DNA of 64,000 nucleotides from Callorhinchus milii (lineage: Eukaryota), in assembly GCF_018977255.1 (NCBI RefSeq), contig NW_024704743.1, positions 26,104,001 through 26,168,000 on the forward strand, given 5' to 3'. How positions within the stretch are numbered: the stretch's first letter is position 1; every line of letters begins with the position of its first letter. The notes beneath the pieces were generated by a model. That model was not told the origin of the DNA. It worked only from the letters and a program-made list of their open reading frames with translations, and searched no databases. The translations under genes were made by a program, and so were the position numbers. This document shows, one piece after another, positions 25,351 to 39,514 of this stretch.

Positions 25351-25649
25351 TGAGTGACAGTGGGGTTTTGTAACTGGTGTTGCTGTTAAAGCTTCCAATT
25401 GGTAAACAGTAACTCCAGGTAGCCTGAAGTACATCACGTCAGTCCCTGGGAATGTCACTTCAGTAATCATGTCGGAGAGAACATCCTGTGAATCAACATG
25501 ACATACTTTGTATTTGCTGCTAAACAACTCCCATTATTATGATTTCCACCCAGAGCTTTAATTGACTGGATTGTTAGCAGGACTTGGAGCAGACCAGTGG
25601 CTGGGATTTTCACGACTCGACTCCCAGTAACAAGTAGAGTACACCTTTT

Positions 25650-25890
25650 TTTAGTCAGCCGGGTGCCTGATGCACGCGGAAACCCATTACCATCTCAGAG
25701 TATCCAAACCAGACTGGGAATTCCATGCATTCCACCTACACATGGAAACTCTGGAGTTTAGAATAGATGGTGCACATTTTCTCTGGAGGGATGCCTCCTG
25801 CTTGCCTAATTCCAGAGAGTATTAACCACAGGTTGATAAGAGACATGTCTTCACCAGCTAAAACTACATAGCTTGCCCAAGCTGGGCAAA
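25650..25890 (-). mobile_element. copy of the same non-LTR 3' UTR family
   Basis: Reverse strand: TTTCCATGTGTAGGTGGAATGCATGGAA...GGTTTGGATACTC...GGCTGACT(A)n. Confidence 0.7.
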
Positions 25891-26034
25891 CATCGGGAGG
25901 CTCACCAATGTTTTGCACACAAAATATACAGTCATTTCACTTTATAGTATATTCTTTGAAGCGCTTTGAGACATCTTGAAGATGTGATAAGGCGCTATAT
26001 CAAATACAAGGATTATTATTTATTATAATATCTA

Positions 26035-26285
26035 AAAAGGCAAGCTGCATGGTTTTACATGGTTAAAGTCCAGCAGTCCCCCAACACACACTCTGGGGTC
26101 CTCAAGCTTTGGCTATTGCTAACCTGTACTTAAACTCTCCTGGGGGAAGTATCCCTCTGGGGAGAGAGTCCTCAATCTATAACTGAAAATGGAAATGTAG
26201 ATACCTATACGGTTTGGATACTCTCTTAAGGATGGTGAGAGGCTTGCACATGTATCGGACATCTGGTTGACCCCCCAAAAAAAAG
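26035..26285 (+). mobile_element. copy of the same non-LTR 3' UTR family
   Basis: GGCAAGCT..TGGTTAAAGTCCAGCAGT..GGTTTGGATACTC..GGTTGACC(A)n. Confidence 0.65.
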
Positions 26286-28235
26286 TTTTATGGAGTGATC
26301 AGTGAGACTTTAGAATTCTGATTCATGTATCACTGTCGATAGTTACAGGAAATAAATTGGTTTTATTTGAAGGAAGTTGACTTTCAGTAGCTCATGACTG
26401 TCAAGTATTTAAAAACAAAGCAATCACAATGACAAGATTGTTGTTTCTTCATTTGTAATATTTTTTCTTGATCTGTTGTGCATGTGGGATTTTTTTTTAA
26501 GAGGATGGTGTAATTCTTCCTCTTTTTGCATACATGATTATTCTTGCTGAAGCTGGTTTTATCTGGAGATTATGTCTCTGCCAGAGATTGATTCCCAGTG
26601 TATTTGAAGGGGACTTTGGTTATCTGACTGAAATGCCTTGGTGGATACTAGTTAACATTAGCAAAATTGTGCACTTTTTGGCCTTGCCAAATGTGCATCG
26701 GCATTGTTGCGACCCACTTGGCCTGTGTCGCACGGGTACATTCTGAAACGCAGAGTAACAAGCTTGGTCTGACGCAGACTGAAGTGCAAACTCTTCTCTC
26801 TAGCGATGGTTGAAACAAGACAGGACGCTCCCTGAACGGATTACAGTATATTCTGTGAAGCGCTTTGAGAGGTCTCGAAGACGTGATAAGGCACTACATC
26901 AAATGCAAGGATTATTATTATGATTATAAGCACACTATAATTTTCATGCTTCTTGTGGGGGTGGTGGGGGGGGTGGGGTGGGGTGGGGGAGGGGGATGAA
27001 GAGAAGAAACTTACTTTTATCTAGAAAATCGTTTGTCAAATAACCATCAATACATAATCAATTCTGTGTAGTGCTTTGAGACATCCTTCCAATGCGATGG
27101 GCGCTATATCAAATTTAAGGATTAAAAGTTTTGGGGAAAAAAATAAAAACTTGCTATTTTATGTACACTATTTACCATTTACTTTGAGATGTCTCGAAGA
27201 CATGATAAGGCGCTATGTCAAATGCAAAGATTATTATTGTTACCATTTCTTCCAGGCATTGGCCTCATACACTTCGCAGAATCCTAACAAGTGTCATGAC
27301 ATTATTATAAGTACTTCACTGACTTCATCAACAAACTGTTAGTCCCCCAAGAATTAATTGGATCCCATTAATTCTATTTGCATTATATTTGATTAAATTA
27401 TTGAGCTTTGAGTGCACCTGTGTTCTATGCCTGTTCTGAACTGTGTTCACTTGCTCAACTTCCTGTGGAAGCATTGCAATCTGTAATCCCTCAGTGCACA
27501 CATTCTCACGTATCAGCTACATTGAATGCACTGGTGATAATAGTTACTTGCTGTGGCAAAGACTCCAGAACTGAATAAAACTTCCACTCCTGAACCCTCA
27601 GGTACCAGTCAGAAAAGAGAAGGGAAACCTGTACTATACATTTGGACAAAAAAAAGAGGTAAAGGATCCATTGGACCTCACTTCATTGTTAAATTAAGGC
27701 TGAATGTAGCACACCCAAGGAAGAGATAAGTTGTGTTACTCTGTGGTTCCAGGTTCTGCATCTGCTTAGATGAGCTTCCTCTCTCGTAGTTACAAGATAA
27801 AGGATCCAGTGCAAAATCAATTCCAAACATCTGCCCTCATTCACAGGAGGCTTCAGGCCTGTCACTGATAGATATGATAGATATGTGCCTACTGTCTCTT
27901 AGAAAGGTTACTTTCCATGTCTGGCTTCACAAGGGAAGATTGAATTCAGGACCAGGAGAATACCATTTGGCCCATCACGTCTGCTCGTGGTCTAATTTCT
28001 TCAACTCCTATTGATACCTCAACTCTGTGGTATCAACTGGTTACACCCAGGGTATACCTTCGGATCCCCAAGCCTGGATCCTGCCAACCTATACCAGAAT
28101 TGGGTAAGCAGGTGCATTTCTGTGGGGAGAGAGAGTACACATTCCATACCAGACAAATTGAAATTTCCATGCATTACAAGCAACTCTGTTTAGATACACT
28201 TAATGGTGATCAAATCACAATTTGATTTGTAAATT

Positions 28236-28559
28236 TAATAATAATAATAATAATCCTTGCATTTGATATAGCGCTTTTCACGTCGGGAGGACGTCCCAAA
28301 GCGCTTCACAGAACACACTGTAAAGTGAATTGACTGTATATTTGTGGGCGAACGCGGCAGCCAATTGCGCACAGCAATGTCCCACAAACAGTCGTAGATT
28401 GAAAAATGGCCAATTTAATTATTGTTTTTGGTTTTTTGGAGGGATTATTATTAGGCGTGTGGAGTAAGGAAACTTGCCCAAGGTTTCGCCCTGCCTGGAA
28501 TTGAACTCAGGTCTCTCACTTGCAAAGCGAGTGCTCTAACCACTGAGCTACAGGACTCC
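28236..28559 (-). mobile_element. full-length tRNA-headed SINE
   Basis: Reverse complement near-identical to 46970-47278. Confidence 0.93.
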
Positions 28560-29099
28560 TTTAAAAAAAAACTGTAGGTACTAGGATGTGTCTAAGTATG
28601 ACCATCTGAAACTCCATTTTGATAGCTCTGCCAGCTCCTGGGAGCTTCTTTGGATCCTACTACAGGTTTACAGAAGACTAAATGAGATTGGCATCCGATG
28701 GGAGCTGCTAGGAGTTGGCTGATATAAATCCAGGTACCTGGAGTACTTGCGGTTTATAACTCTCACATTTCAGACTCCTCAATGTAGAAGAGTGCCATCC
28801 TATCCCAATCCTAGACCTCAAAACTTCTCATTCCTATGAAAGGGGAAGTTCAAAATATTTACCCACAGTCATTTGCTGTGGTCAACAGTCCAGCTGTCAG
28901 CCATCATTTTGAAGCGCATCCGTTTTTACATTGCTGTTCAGGAAAATCCCAAAAGGTTTCTCAACCATCAAATAGCTGCCAAGTATGGCCAACATTGTGT
29001 TTATTTTGCAAATGCATTTCTGCAAAAACTTTCAAAATAGCCTTTACATATGCCTTTACATATGCCTAAAAAAGCTGTTTCTGTAACTCTTATAAGGAT

Positions 29100-29420
29100 G
29101 TCAGCCTGGCTCAGGTGGCACTCTTCCCCTGAGTCAGGAGGTTATGGGTCAAGCCCCTGGAAGGTACTTTGAATTTACGTAATCTCAGGTGACAATCCAA
29201 GGCAGTGCAGGGAATGTGCTGCATTGTCAGATATGTCATCTTTCAGGTGAAATATTAAACCAAGGTTCCATCTGCCTGTTCAGGTGAACATTAAAGACCG
29301 TGTAGTACTATTTGGAAGGAGAAGGGAGTTCCTGGTGTCCTGAACAACAATCCCCCAAATAAAATCGGTCATTCACTTCATGACTGTTGTACAACATTGC
29401 TGTGTACAAATTGGCTGCCA
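29100..29420 (+). mobile_element. SacSINE1-like DeuSINE
   Basis: Aligns with 49722-50030. Confidence 0.75.
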
Positions 29421-31359
29421 TATTCTTCTAGACGTCTCAAAGCGCTTCACAGACTGTATTTTGTGGGCAAAACTTATTTTCATCAAATATAAAATGTATT
29501 TTCATGTACAAAATACACAGTCAAGGCACAGGATACCAGAGAACTCCCTGCTCATCTGTGAAACATTGCAATGAGATCATTAGTATTCATTGACATGACC
29601 CACCACAACAGTTAGCAAGGAGCTTACTTTGAAGTATCAAGTATGAAAAATATTGCAACTCTTCCCCAGTAGCAGAATAATTTTGCTAACGGCACAGGAC
29701 TTGTGACTAGTTAATTTTTGACCCTTTGAACCACAGCCTTTTGTACAGTGACTACAGTAATGGATGGAACTGGCCATCTGTGAAGAAAACATTTGAGTAT
29801 TGCCAAATAGACCTACTGCATATCCTTTTAAATCTGCTCTTAAATCTGTAATCCAGTAAGATGTTTTAAGGTTCATTTTTAAAATAGTTTACTTATCAAA
29901 AATTGGTTACCTAATGCTTTTCAAATCTGCATGTGATCTGAGGTAGCTGTGCTTTATGAACCAAAATGCTGGCACAGTTAGTCACCGTGACCTCAATTGT
30001 GTGACACTATTGACTGCCTCCTGCCTCTGTGGCTAAGCACGGAAAATAGTGCTTTTGAATTTCAACACTTTAATTGTCAAGCTATTAACTGAACGTAGAC
30101 TAAATGGAGTAAAGTCCCAAATTTGCTGTAGATACATGCAGCTGCATGGTTAATATGGTGTACCTTACTATACTTGAATAGTCTTATTTACTCTCCTTTA
30201 TTTTAGATTGCATTAAGTTGTAGTTTCTAGGTTAAGCAGGTGTTCCGTGTGCCCTGTTATTTAGTAATAATCCTTGGATTTGATATATCGCCTTATCACG
30301 TCTTCGAGACGTCTCAAAGCGCTTCACAGAATATACGTGAACGTGTAACGTGTAACGTGTAACGTGAATTGACTGTATATTTTGTGGGCGAAATACAGCA
30401 GCACAGCAGTGCTCCACAAAGAGTCATGTATTGAGTGACCAAATGATTATTATTTTATTATATTTAATTGCAGTCAAGGAGTTTTCTTTACAGCTGTATT
30501 AAGTGAGAATAATAATTGATTTCATTCATTTGGCACGAGACTTGCCCACTGTGGTCTGGTGCTTTAAAAATATAACGTATTTGAAGCTAGGAAAATAACC
30601 AGTGTTTTAGATGTTGAAATGATTTTGCAATCTGCCCTTTTTGTTTGATAGTAAATCTCACTCTAAAGATAAAAGGAGTGAGGGAGAATATTGCTGAAGT
30701 GAGTTTGTGAGAAACAGATGACTGACTATACATTATTGTGAGATCTCTTGCTCCTGATCTATATTCACTGACCTCTCCTGAAAGAGTGTGCATGATTTGG
30801 TAAAGATAGGATTGGACTTGGCTTTAATGCCCTTCCACAGTTGAATGACCCGCCAACACTGTCTGTTTTCAAAGACGAACAGTTGCTGCTTGGGCAACCA
30901 TGCCCAGTGTGAAGCATCACTTTCAGGAGAAGCAGATTGGAAACAGATCTGTGAAAACTGTCGAGTAAAAGGGGTCAGAGTCTCTTGATATCAGTGCCAT
31001 GATTTAATTTCCCCAGCAGCTGTTTAACGGTGCTGCAGGATTCTTTTGCAGGTAATTGTAATCTCTGAGGCTTATAGAATCACCTTTGGCTTCAACTGTA
31101 GCCATATTTAGCATTAGCAAGGAAAAATGATGGTCACATTTGAGTGACGTGGGGTAATTCTGGTAAACAAAGTTATGCTATCCGTGAGAGCCACTAGAAA
31201 ACCCACAATGCTTGCAATATCTTTTGTGCAAGTTACAAGTGTTGCCATATGTTTTAAATAGGGGAAACGTTTAGTTTCATTTCTATTAGGAAAGATCTGG
31301 CAGTTCAAAATGATGTCAGAAATGGAGATCAGAGACTGTTTTTATTCTAAACTATGACT

Positions 31360-31850
31360 GCTATTTATATAGCGCTCATCATGCAGGATAGTGCCCCGGA
31401 GCGCTTGACCGTGGCGGAGTCTGACCTCTGAGCCGGGGGAGAGGGAGGGGGGAGGTGACCGTAAGCACGATGAAAAAGGAAGGTCTTTAGACAGGATTTC
31501 AAAGTGGAAAGGGAGGGCGCAAGGCGGAGGGATTGAAGGAGAAAGTTCCAGAGTTTTGGGGGGTAGTGGCTGAAGGCACGGCCACCGCTGGTAGAGTGGA
31601 GGGGACAAGGGATGAACAGGTGACCGGAGCCAGCTGAGCGGAAGCAGAAGGTGGGGGAGTGGGGGGTGGGGGGGTAAGCAAATCGGATAGGTAGGGAGGT
31701 GCTAGGGCATGAAGGGATTTGACAATGAATGAGAGGATTTTGAAATCGATGAGTTCAGTGATTGGAAGTCAGTGGAGTGAGGCAAGGACCAGTATGATGG
31801 GGGTACGGAGTTTCGAGGTGGGTGAAAATCTGGGCGGCGGAGTTCTGAAT
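31360..31850 (-). mobile_element. older L2 3' fragment
   Basis: QLIQNSAAQI.., FKIL, APSYLSDL-like remnants and an L2-type tail. Confidence 0.78.
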
Positions 31851-33589
31851 TAGCTGAAAGTGAATTGACTGTATATTTTGTGGGCGAAACGCAGCAGCAA
31901 TTGTGCACAGCAGTGTCCCACAAACAGTCGTGGATTGAGTGACCAAATTATTATCTTGTACCATGTCTTATCAGATGAGACCTTAAACTGGAATGTTCTA
32001 GTGCTCCAGGTAGATGCAAAAGAATTCCTGGTAATATTTTGAGGAAAAGCAGCACATCCTCTCAGTATGCTAGATAGTGTGCTTCTCATCCTAATTTACC
32101 AAAAACACAGGGCGGTTACTCATTCATTTCAATGTTATTTATTGGATGTACTGGCGCAGATTAGTTGCCAGGTTTACCTACATTATACGTCACTTTATTT
32201 AAAAGTAACTCATTGTGTCAAGCTCTGAGACATTTCAATATGAAAAGGCACCACTGTCAAATGCTATTGTTGTCAGCAATGAAGTAGTTAGTGTAAGTGA
32301 GGAATATCAAGGTTGGAACACAAAGTGCTAAATGCTCTTATTTTCACATTCTTATATCATCTCTAGAGTACAGCACTTCAAATGGCCATTATCTAAATAA
32401 ATACACGTTTCAAGATCAATGAGCTTCATTTGAAAAAATTAACATGACTGAGTGTTGCATGGCAATGCTAACTTTAAATGTTTCTGACTACCAGAAGAGG
32501 GAGCGTTAAGCTAATGCTGATTCGGACAATAAGCCAGTTAACTTCAGCAGAGCGATGCTGGTTTGCCTCAGCTGCATTGTGTATTCTGGAGTCCCTGGTG
32601 ATTGTAGAGTGCTATGGAGACCTCAGGCTGTAAGTGCTGGCCATTGACACATCGCACCTTTACTCTCCTCCAGATTCAGATTGGTCAAAGAGGATCCTTT
32701 AACCTGTAACATGCAGGTGAGTTGGAGCGAGGATTGCAGGCCTGAGACAGAGAGGCTGTTCTAACTTAATGATCTAAGTCAGGGGATGTATTGCTAAATC
32801 ATATTTGTTTGTTTATTGGTAGTTAAGTCCTTTTCTCCCATTTTGTTTGAAAGTCATTTCTTACCTGTAGTAAAATAGAAACAGTTTAAGATCATGGCAG
32901 TTGTTGAAAGGGGGAAGAAACATGAATAATCTGAGTAATTTTTATTTTTTTCAAAAAATATATTAATTATTGTCATTTTTTTAAAAAATTGACTGAAATA
33001 AATAATAATCTGTTTGTCTGGGAAATTGATTTGTTGTTTAAATTCCTCAAATTTCTTGCCATCTACTTGTAATTGTGAAGAATATAGAAATAAAGAGGTA
33101 TTTCTCCAATTATATAGCGAGTGGTCAGTCAGCTCTTGGAGCATTTTATTTTTGCACAACTCATTTTGGGAAGGTTAGTCTAGCTGTGAAGGGTATCCAG
33201 AGGGTTTACTACATTCCATATAAACCCCGGCTAGATGGACTAATAGGAGGGTAGAGAGATCTGGTCCGATGAGTGGAATTTCTGGCTAAGTGTAATGGAA
33301 GTAATGCATTTTATGGCACTGCATACGTGTTTCTCCCACTGTATACTAAAAAGTAGTCACCCAATTACATGGGCACCTGATGCCAGAGAAAGGATGGCAA
33401 GGTGGGAAGCCATGGGCATCATGTGGGCTGCTCAGCATTCAGTAGGAGAGTTGGGTTGATGGGAGTTTACACTCGGTCCTGAGGAAATGTTTGGCAATCG
33501 GAATTTTTTTCTGAATTTTTGGGTTTCAGGCTCAGTCCTGCTCTATTCGAAATCCAGAGCCCAGTAAGCCAGGAGTTTACTGTAATACA

Positions 33590-34200
33590 ATACATGGAAT
33601 GAAGGTACTTAGTAATGATGAGTTATGATGAGAGACTTGATAGTCTGAGGTTTTAATACTAACACAGATGAATTGAGGGCTGATTTGATTGAGGCATTTA
33701 AAATAATAAAAGGAATTGATGGGTGAGAGAGTGGTCAACTCTTCCCTCTGGTAGAGGAATCCATTTCTAGCTGATTTCTAACCTTATAATTTGAGCCAAG
33801 ACAGTTAGAAAAGAGGTCAGGAAGTATTTCTTCACACAGAAAGTTGTGAATATGTAGAATGTTTTGCCTCAGAAAGCTGTAGTGGTCCAATCAATAGGGA
33901 TGTTTGAAGGACAGAGAAGGATGTCTCTGGGTATAAATGGTGAAAGTGGTGTTGGAATTAAAAGATCTGTGAAGATAATAATAATAATCCTTGTATTTGA
34001 TATAGCGCCTTATCACGTCTTTGAGACGTATGAAATGCTTCACAGAATATATTGTAAAGTTATTATTATTGTAAAGTGAATCAACTGTATATTTTGTGGG
34101 GAAACACTTTTATTAGATCTTTATTAGAAAGATCTAATAAACTGGTGGAACAGACTCAATGGGCGGAATGGTCCCCTCTTGTTACTGTTTTCCTATATTC
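33590..34200 (+). mobile_element. CR1 LINE 3' fragment interrupted by a SINE piece (about 33976-34107)
   Basis: LRADLIEAFKIIKGID.., FFTQKVVN..NVLPQKAV; CR1-type tail GGGCGGAATGG. Confidence 0.7.
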
Positions 34201-34599
34201 CTAATGTGCGATAGTTGACCTGAATGTCAGCTCCCTGTGCATTGTATTTGTATTACCGATCTATTCACTATTGAACCGTAAAATCTGCTGGCAAATGTGT
34301 AGCAATTACTAACTAAACGGGTTTACAATTGATCTCTGGTATTGTACGTCCTTGTAATATGCATTGGAGTAGTTATTTGAATGCTTACATGTCTTTTGTT
34401 TTGAAGCTGCCTGAATTAATTTGTTAAGGTTCCTCACAAGTGTTTCCCAGATGTTTAATCAGCAGCACTGCAGCTGTTGAGATCGAGGGCAATTCAGAGT
34501 GAAACTGTACCAATTTTAACCTGACTGCTGAATATTAAGCCGCAAGCTCTTGAGCTATGAGCAACAATTAGACAAGCGAAGCTTCGTCAGTCTCGAGAT

Positions 34600-34900
34600 T
34601 TCATAGAATTGTATTAAAATTTGAAATGGGATTCAAAAACTAAACCCAGGACAATACTTTAGGATGTTCCAAGACGATAGAACAGGAGGATACAGGTTTA
34701 GAGTTGCAAAGGGCAATTAAGGACAGATATCAGAAAGTATTTCTTTACTCGAGTAATTAACAACTGGTAAAGGTTGCCACGAAGTGTGGTTGAGGCCACG
34801 GCACGGGAATCATGTGAAAAGGAGCTTCCATACTGTAATGGCAGGATGATAAAGTGGATGAGATAAGTTGGGCCAAAAGGCCTTCTTTATCTAAACCAAT
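34600..34900 (+). mobile_element. CR1 LINE 3' fragment
   Basis: RTGGYRFRV..RTDIRKYFFTRV..W..LP..VVEA; tail GGGCCAAAAGGCC. Confidence 0.65.
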
Positions 34901-36871
34901 CTTGTAATTAGCTGACGCTATATCACAAAAAATAATCCAGTTTCAATAAAGATAGGTGCATTATGTAAAATGGGAAAGGAAAATGTAACTGTTCAATCCA
35001 CTGCTGCTATTATTCAGATGGCTGCTGTTTAGCTAGAGGCAAACTGTTTTACAAACCACACAATTCCTGACCAATAAATATACTGGGTTTAATACTGTGG
35101 CTGTATTGAAGTTGTTCTGAAAATCAAGTCAAGTTCTATTCATTAATCTTTCGCTTAAGAGAATTGTTGATAGCTATTTTGGTTCAAGCTTATGTATTTG
35201 AACTTTTTGTTCACCTTGCATACGGCCTATAATGTCAGAGCTTCTCAGTGGGATTTGCTGTCATGTGTAGTGACTGTACATTTACAGGCAATTGTACACT
35301 CAGCAATGAATCACAAATAACCTTGAAAATGTTGCTGAGTTTTTTTCCTTAAAAATCCATTTTTAATGATCATAGATTGCTGAGGCCTTCAGTGTGCATT
35401 TAGTTTGAGTGACCTTGCCAGGAGTTTCAATATGTGGTAAACATGGAGTTGGTTTTCATTAAAGTGGTCATAATCCAAACCTTTGACTGGAGAACTTTAT
35501 CATTTGTCCAAATTTCATTAACTGGAAATGAAAACCCTTTAAATGTTTCAGCACAGTCTGTGAATTTCAGTCTAGTCACAGTATGGTCACGGCAGATTTA
35601 CAACATCCTTTTGCAACTGGCTTTTTCAATCGAACGTATAGTTCCTAAATCTACTGCTAGTCACATTTTTGTTCTCGTCTGTAAATGTGACTTACTGCAA
35701 AATAATCCACATGATGTGGATGTTACAGTGTAGGACAGGTCACACAAAAAAGGTATTATGGCTTTAATCCAGAGTGAACCTGTGAAATGAGGCTGAAAGC
35801 AGTTTCTGCTGCATTGTGTTTTAGAGAAAAGATGAAAATGAAACTGTCAGTATCAATTTTCAGCAATGTTTCATTTTTCGGCTCCACTGATTTTCTTTTT
35901 ATTTTACCATTTTTGTATTGTTTTAAATTTGCATGAGTTCCTATTCAGTTGCAACGTTATTCAGTGAAATGTGAAAACCCGCAACAAATCTCTATTGAAA
36001 TGTATTGTCTGTCTCTCAGATTACCTTTACAAGGGTTACATCTTTGGTTTGACAAAAGCATGAAAAAGATGAAACCAAATAGCTTGCCTTACTAATGTTG
36101 ATGTCGTCAAAGAAAAATCTTACAGTATTTTTATAAACAGGTGAAATCCCAATCATTATTACATTATTTTATGAATTGTAATCAGACCGCTTATGTTTGA
36201 AGTTGAGTTGGTTTGATTATTTCCATTTCTGTTTTTACTCCAATAACCTGTCATTAAGAGATATTTATTAGAGGTGAAATGATTTCAGTTATTTCCTTTA
36301 TTATCTAACCACTTAGCAGTGCAAACTGCTCGAGCGCCAGAAGCTGCTGGTCACAGAGTTTGGTATTTGATACCGAGTGCTTCAGTGACTAGAGTCAGGG
36401 CTTTTCGAGTTGGGAGGACAAAACCAGTATCCCGTATGTGTTAACAAATTTTAAATACGCACTTCTCAAAATAAAGTTAAAATATTTAATGGACACACGC
36501 ATATATTTTGATGACACCCCAAAGCCTTAAATTAAGTCGGAGTCGTAATACAACAAAAACAAATTACATTTGTATAGTGCTTTTCACACCAGAAAGACAT
36601 CGCAGCGCACTTTTTTTGGACCCGAGCTGAGAGTTGTGGTCAGAAAGGGTGGCGGTCAGGGGGTTGGTGGTGGGAGGGTGGCTGAAGGCACGGTTGAAAA
36701 GGAAGGTCTTTAGACTGGACTTGAAGGAGGTAAGAGAGGGGGTCCCTCCAAGGTGCAACTCTCCTACCTGCTGAAACACCTAGAGTTTTTATCCCCTTGT
36801 TTCCTTGTACTCTCACACTTACACAATACAAATTCTTACAGACAATGAGTTTTCATGCAAATCAGACAACA

Positions 36872-38160
36872 ATAACAACAAAAATAAAATTACAATTGCA
36901 AAGCGCCTTTCACGTTGGGAGGACGTCCCAAGATGCTGAACAGTCAGGAATCAGGACCCGAGTGTGGTGGGGGGAGCAGGGTTAGGATGAGGAAGGGCAG
37001 AGAGGGAGGAGGGCGGCTAAAGGCACAGTCAAAAAGGAGGGTCTTGAGTCGTGTCTTGAAGGAGGCAAGAGAAGGAGCAAGGCAAAGGGATTGTGGGATG
37101 GAGTTGCAAAGGTGGGGGCAGAGAGACGGAAAGCTCGACCGCCGATGGCCGGAGCCTGCTCCATGTCTCCTGCTGAATGGAGGGACCAAACAGGGGTCAG
37201 CAGGTCAGAGAGGTAGGAGGGGGCTGTGGAGGGCCTTCAAAGTGAGGATGAGGATTTTGAATTCCATGTTCTGAGGGATGGCGAGCCAATGGAACCAGGC
37301 GAGGGTGGGCGTGATGGGGTCACGGAGCCTGGTGCGGGAGAGGACACAAGCTGCAGAGTTCTGGATGATCTGCAGCTTGTGGAGGGAAGAGTTGGGGAGG
37401 CCGACAAGGAGGGAGTTTCCGTAGTCGAGCCTTGAGCTGACGAATGCATGTACGGAGGTTTCGGCGGTCTGAGGGGTGAGGCAGTAGCGGAGTCTGGCAA
37501 TGTTGCGGAGGTGGGGGAAGGCAGAGCGGGTCATGGCATGGATATGGGGGAGAAAGGACAGTTGAGGGTCAAACAAGATGCCCAGGTTCCTGACTGGCTT
37601 GGTGAGGTGGAGTGGGCAACCGTGGATGCTGATGCTACCAGTGCCTGAGATGCGGAGGTGCTGGTGCGAGACAGCCTCAGTCTTGCTGACATTCAGCTGT
37701 AGAAAGTTGGCTCTCATCCATAACTTGATGTCTGACAGACAGCCTGTCAGAATGTCAGTTTGTTCTGGAATCGAGGGTGGAGGCAGAGAGATGGGTGTCA
37801 TCTGTGTACATGTGGAGGTTGACCCCATGTTTGCGTATGATGTCAGCAAGGGGGAGCATGTAGAGGTTGAAGAGGAGGCGACCAATGATAGAGCCCAGAA
37901 GAACACCGCACGAGATTGTGCGGGGGCTGGAAGAGAAACCGTTGGCAGAAACAAATTGGAGATGGTGTGAGAGATAAGACCTGAACCATTGAGGGACAGA
38001 ATGTTGAAGGTTAAGGTGAGAGGAGAGGCGGTGGAGGAGGATGGAAAGCTTGAAGGCAGCAGACAGGTCAAGGAGGACGAGGAGGCAGAGGGAGCCCTGG
38101 TCACAGATGGACAGGATGTCTTTGGCACCTTGACCAGGGCAGTAGATGGCTGAAAGTAGG
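36872..38160 (-). mobile_element. L2 LINE fragment (a further L2 tail at 36548-36745)
   Basis: [54 protein letters not shown]. Confidence 0.93.
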
Positions 38161-39514
38161 GAAACAACATCCTTTAACTGATTCCAAAAGAATACCATGC
38201 AAATATGAGGGCAACATTCTTACAAACATTCAGTCTCCATTCAAACAAATATTCAATCAAGTTTGCAGGTTCCCTGGTCATGGTGTTACCGTTGCCACAC
38301 GCTGTTGTTCGCTATAGATTCATCTGTGTCCCGCTATATCAAGGTACATTTGTGTTGTATTAGTGCCAAAAATACTCAGTATAAATATTTATATACAGTG
38401 TAAGGAGAAAAGAGTAGTGTGGAGAGCAGAATGTATGTACATTTGCTTTAGAATGCGAACAAAATTCAGAATGACTGTACCAAGTCTAATTTTGTTCACA
38501 AACAGTACATTATTTCTTGCATATTGAAGTGGCCTGCAACTGAAACATATTTTACAATAGTTATTTGCATCCAATTTTTTTTAAAAAAATGTTTTGTTCA
38601 AGCAGTTGATTACATTGGTACTGCCTTTCAAAGCAATTTAAGAAACTTGCATCAGCCAATATGAGAATGAGGTTTATTCTCCCATAATGATCACTGCGAG
38701 ACAAGCTGGTGTTCATTTGATGTTTATACTTCTTTCTTTCAAGGCAGGTTGTAGAGTAGTGATGGCTTGTGATACCTTGTGATTGTTATGCATGTCACTC
38801 CAATACTACTATATGACATAGAAATTACAGAGTTATAAGGCAAAGAAACAAGCTATTCAGCCCAACCAGTGCGTGCCAGTGTTTATACTCCACACAAGCT
38901 CCCACCCCTCTTATTCCCCTGTCCTTTTCTTTGTTTCCTTCGCCCTCACATATGCACCAGGTTTTCCTCGTACATTGATGCTATTTGCTTCAACCACAGC
39001 TTCCAGCTGTATATTTCACTACCCTGTAATTCAGTAGAGAATCATTATTTCATTGAACTATCTTAATAACAGTCATTATAATAAAATGAATTGGAGGCTT
39101 TTGCTCTAAAGAATGATTTCAGAAAATAAGGAATTGTTTTTGATGTTTCAGCCACGTTAATAACCAGCAATGTTAATTGACATCTTCCATGACTTGTTAG
39201 AACATGACAGGTTTGAACATGTTCCGTGTACAGTAGATAATGTTGCTAGACGGTTTCAATTAGATCAACTGATTCATAATGAAGGGACCCCTGCCAAAGC
39301 ATTGGCCAATCTTTCTCATTTGGGTGGTTTTTTTTTGGTCAGCCAGGTGTCTGACACATGCGGAAACCCATCGCCATGCTTAAGAGTATTCTGATTGATC
39401 AGATGGGTCTTTCCTGCATTCTCACTTGTATTTTACAATTTCCTGCGTCTTTTCTTTTAATCTCCAATTTTTTTTCTGTTTATCTATTTTTCTTTACTAA
39501 TTTACAAATAACAA

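Noticed and set aside
26957..26996. G-rich tract with quadruplex potential (C-rich counterpart at about 48500-48532)
   Set aside because: Simple low-complexity runs next to SINE remnants with no supporting context.
30335..30368. (AACGTGT)n short tandem
   Set aside because: Local slippage inside a SINE fragment; no sign of function.
37205..38198. 321-aa and 147-aa ORFs as a functional reverse transcriptase gene
   Set aside because: Frameshifted, 5'-truncated L2 ORF2 remnant; the same holds for ORFs at 6371-7040, 9098-10090 and 62121-63608.
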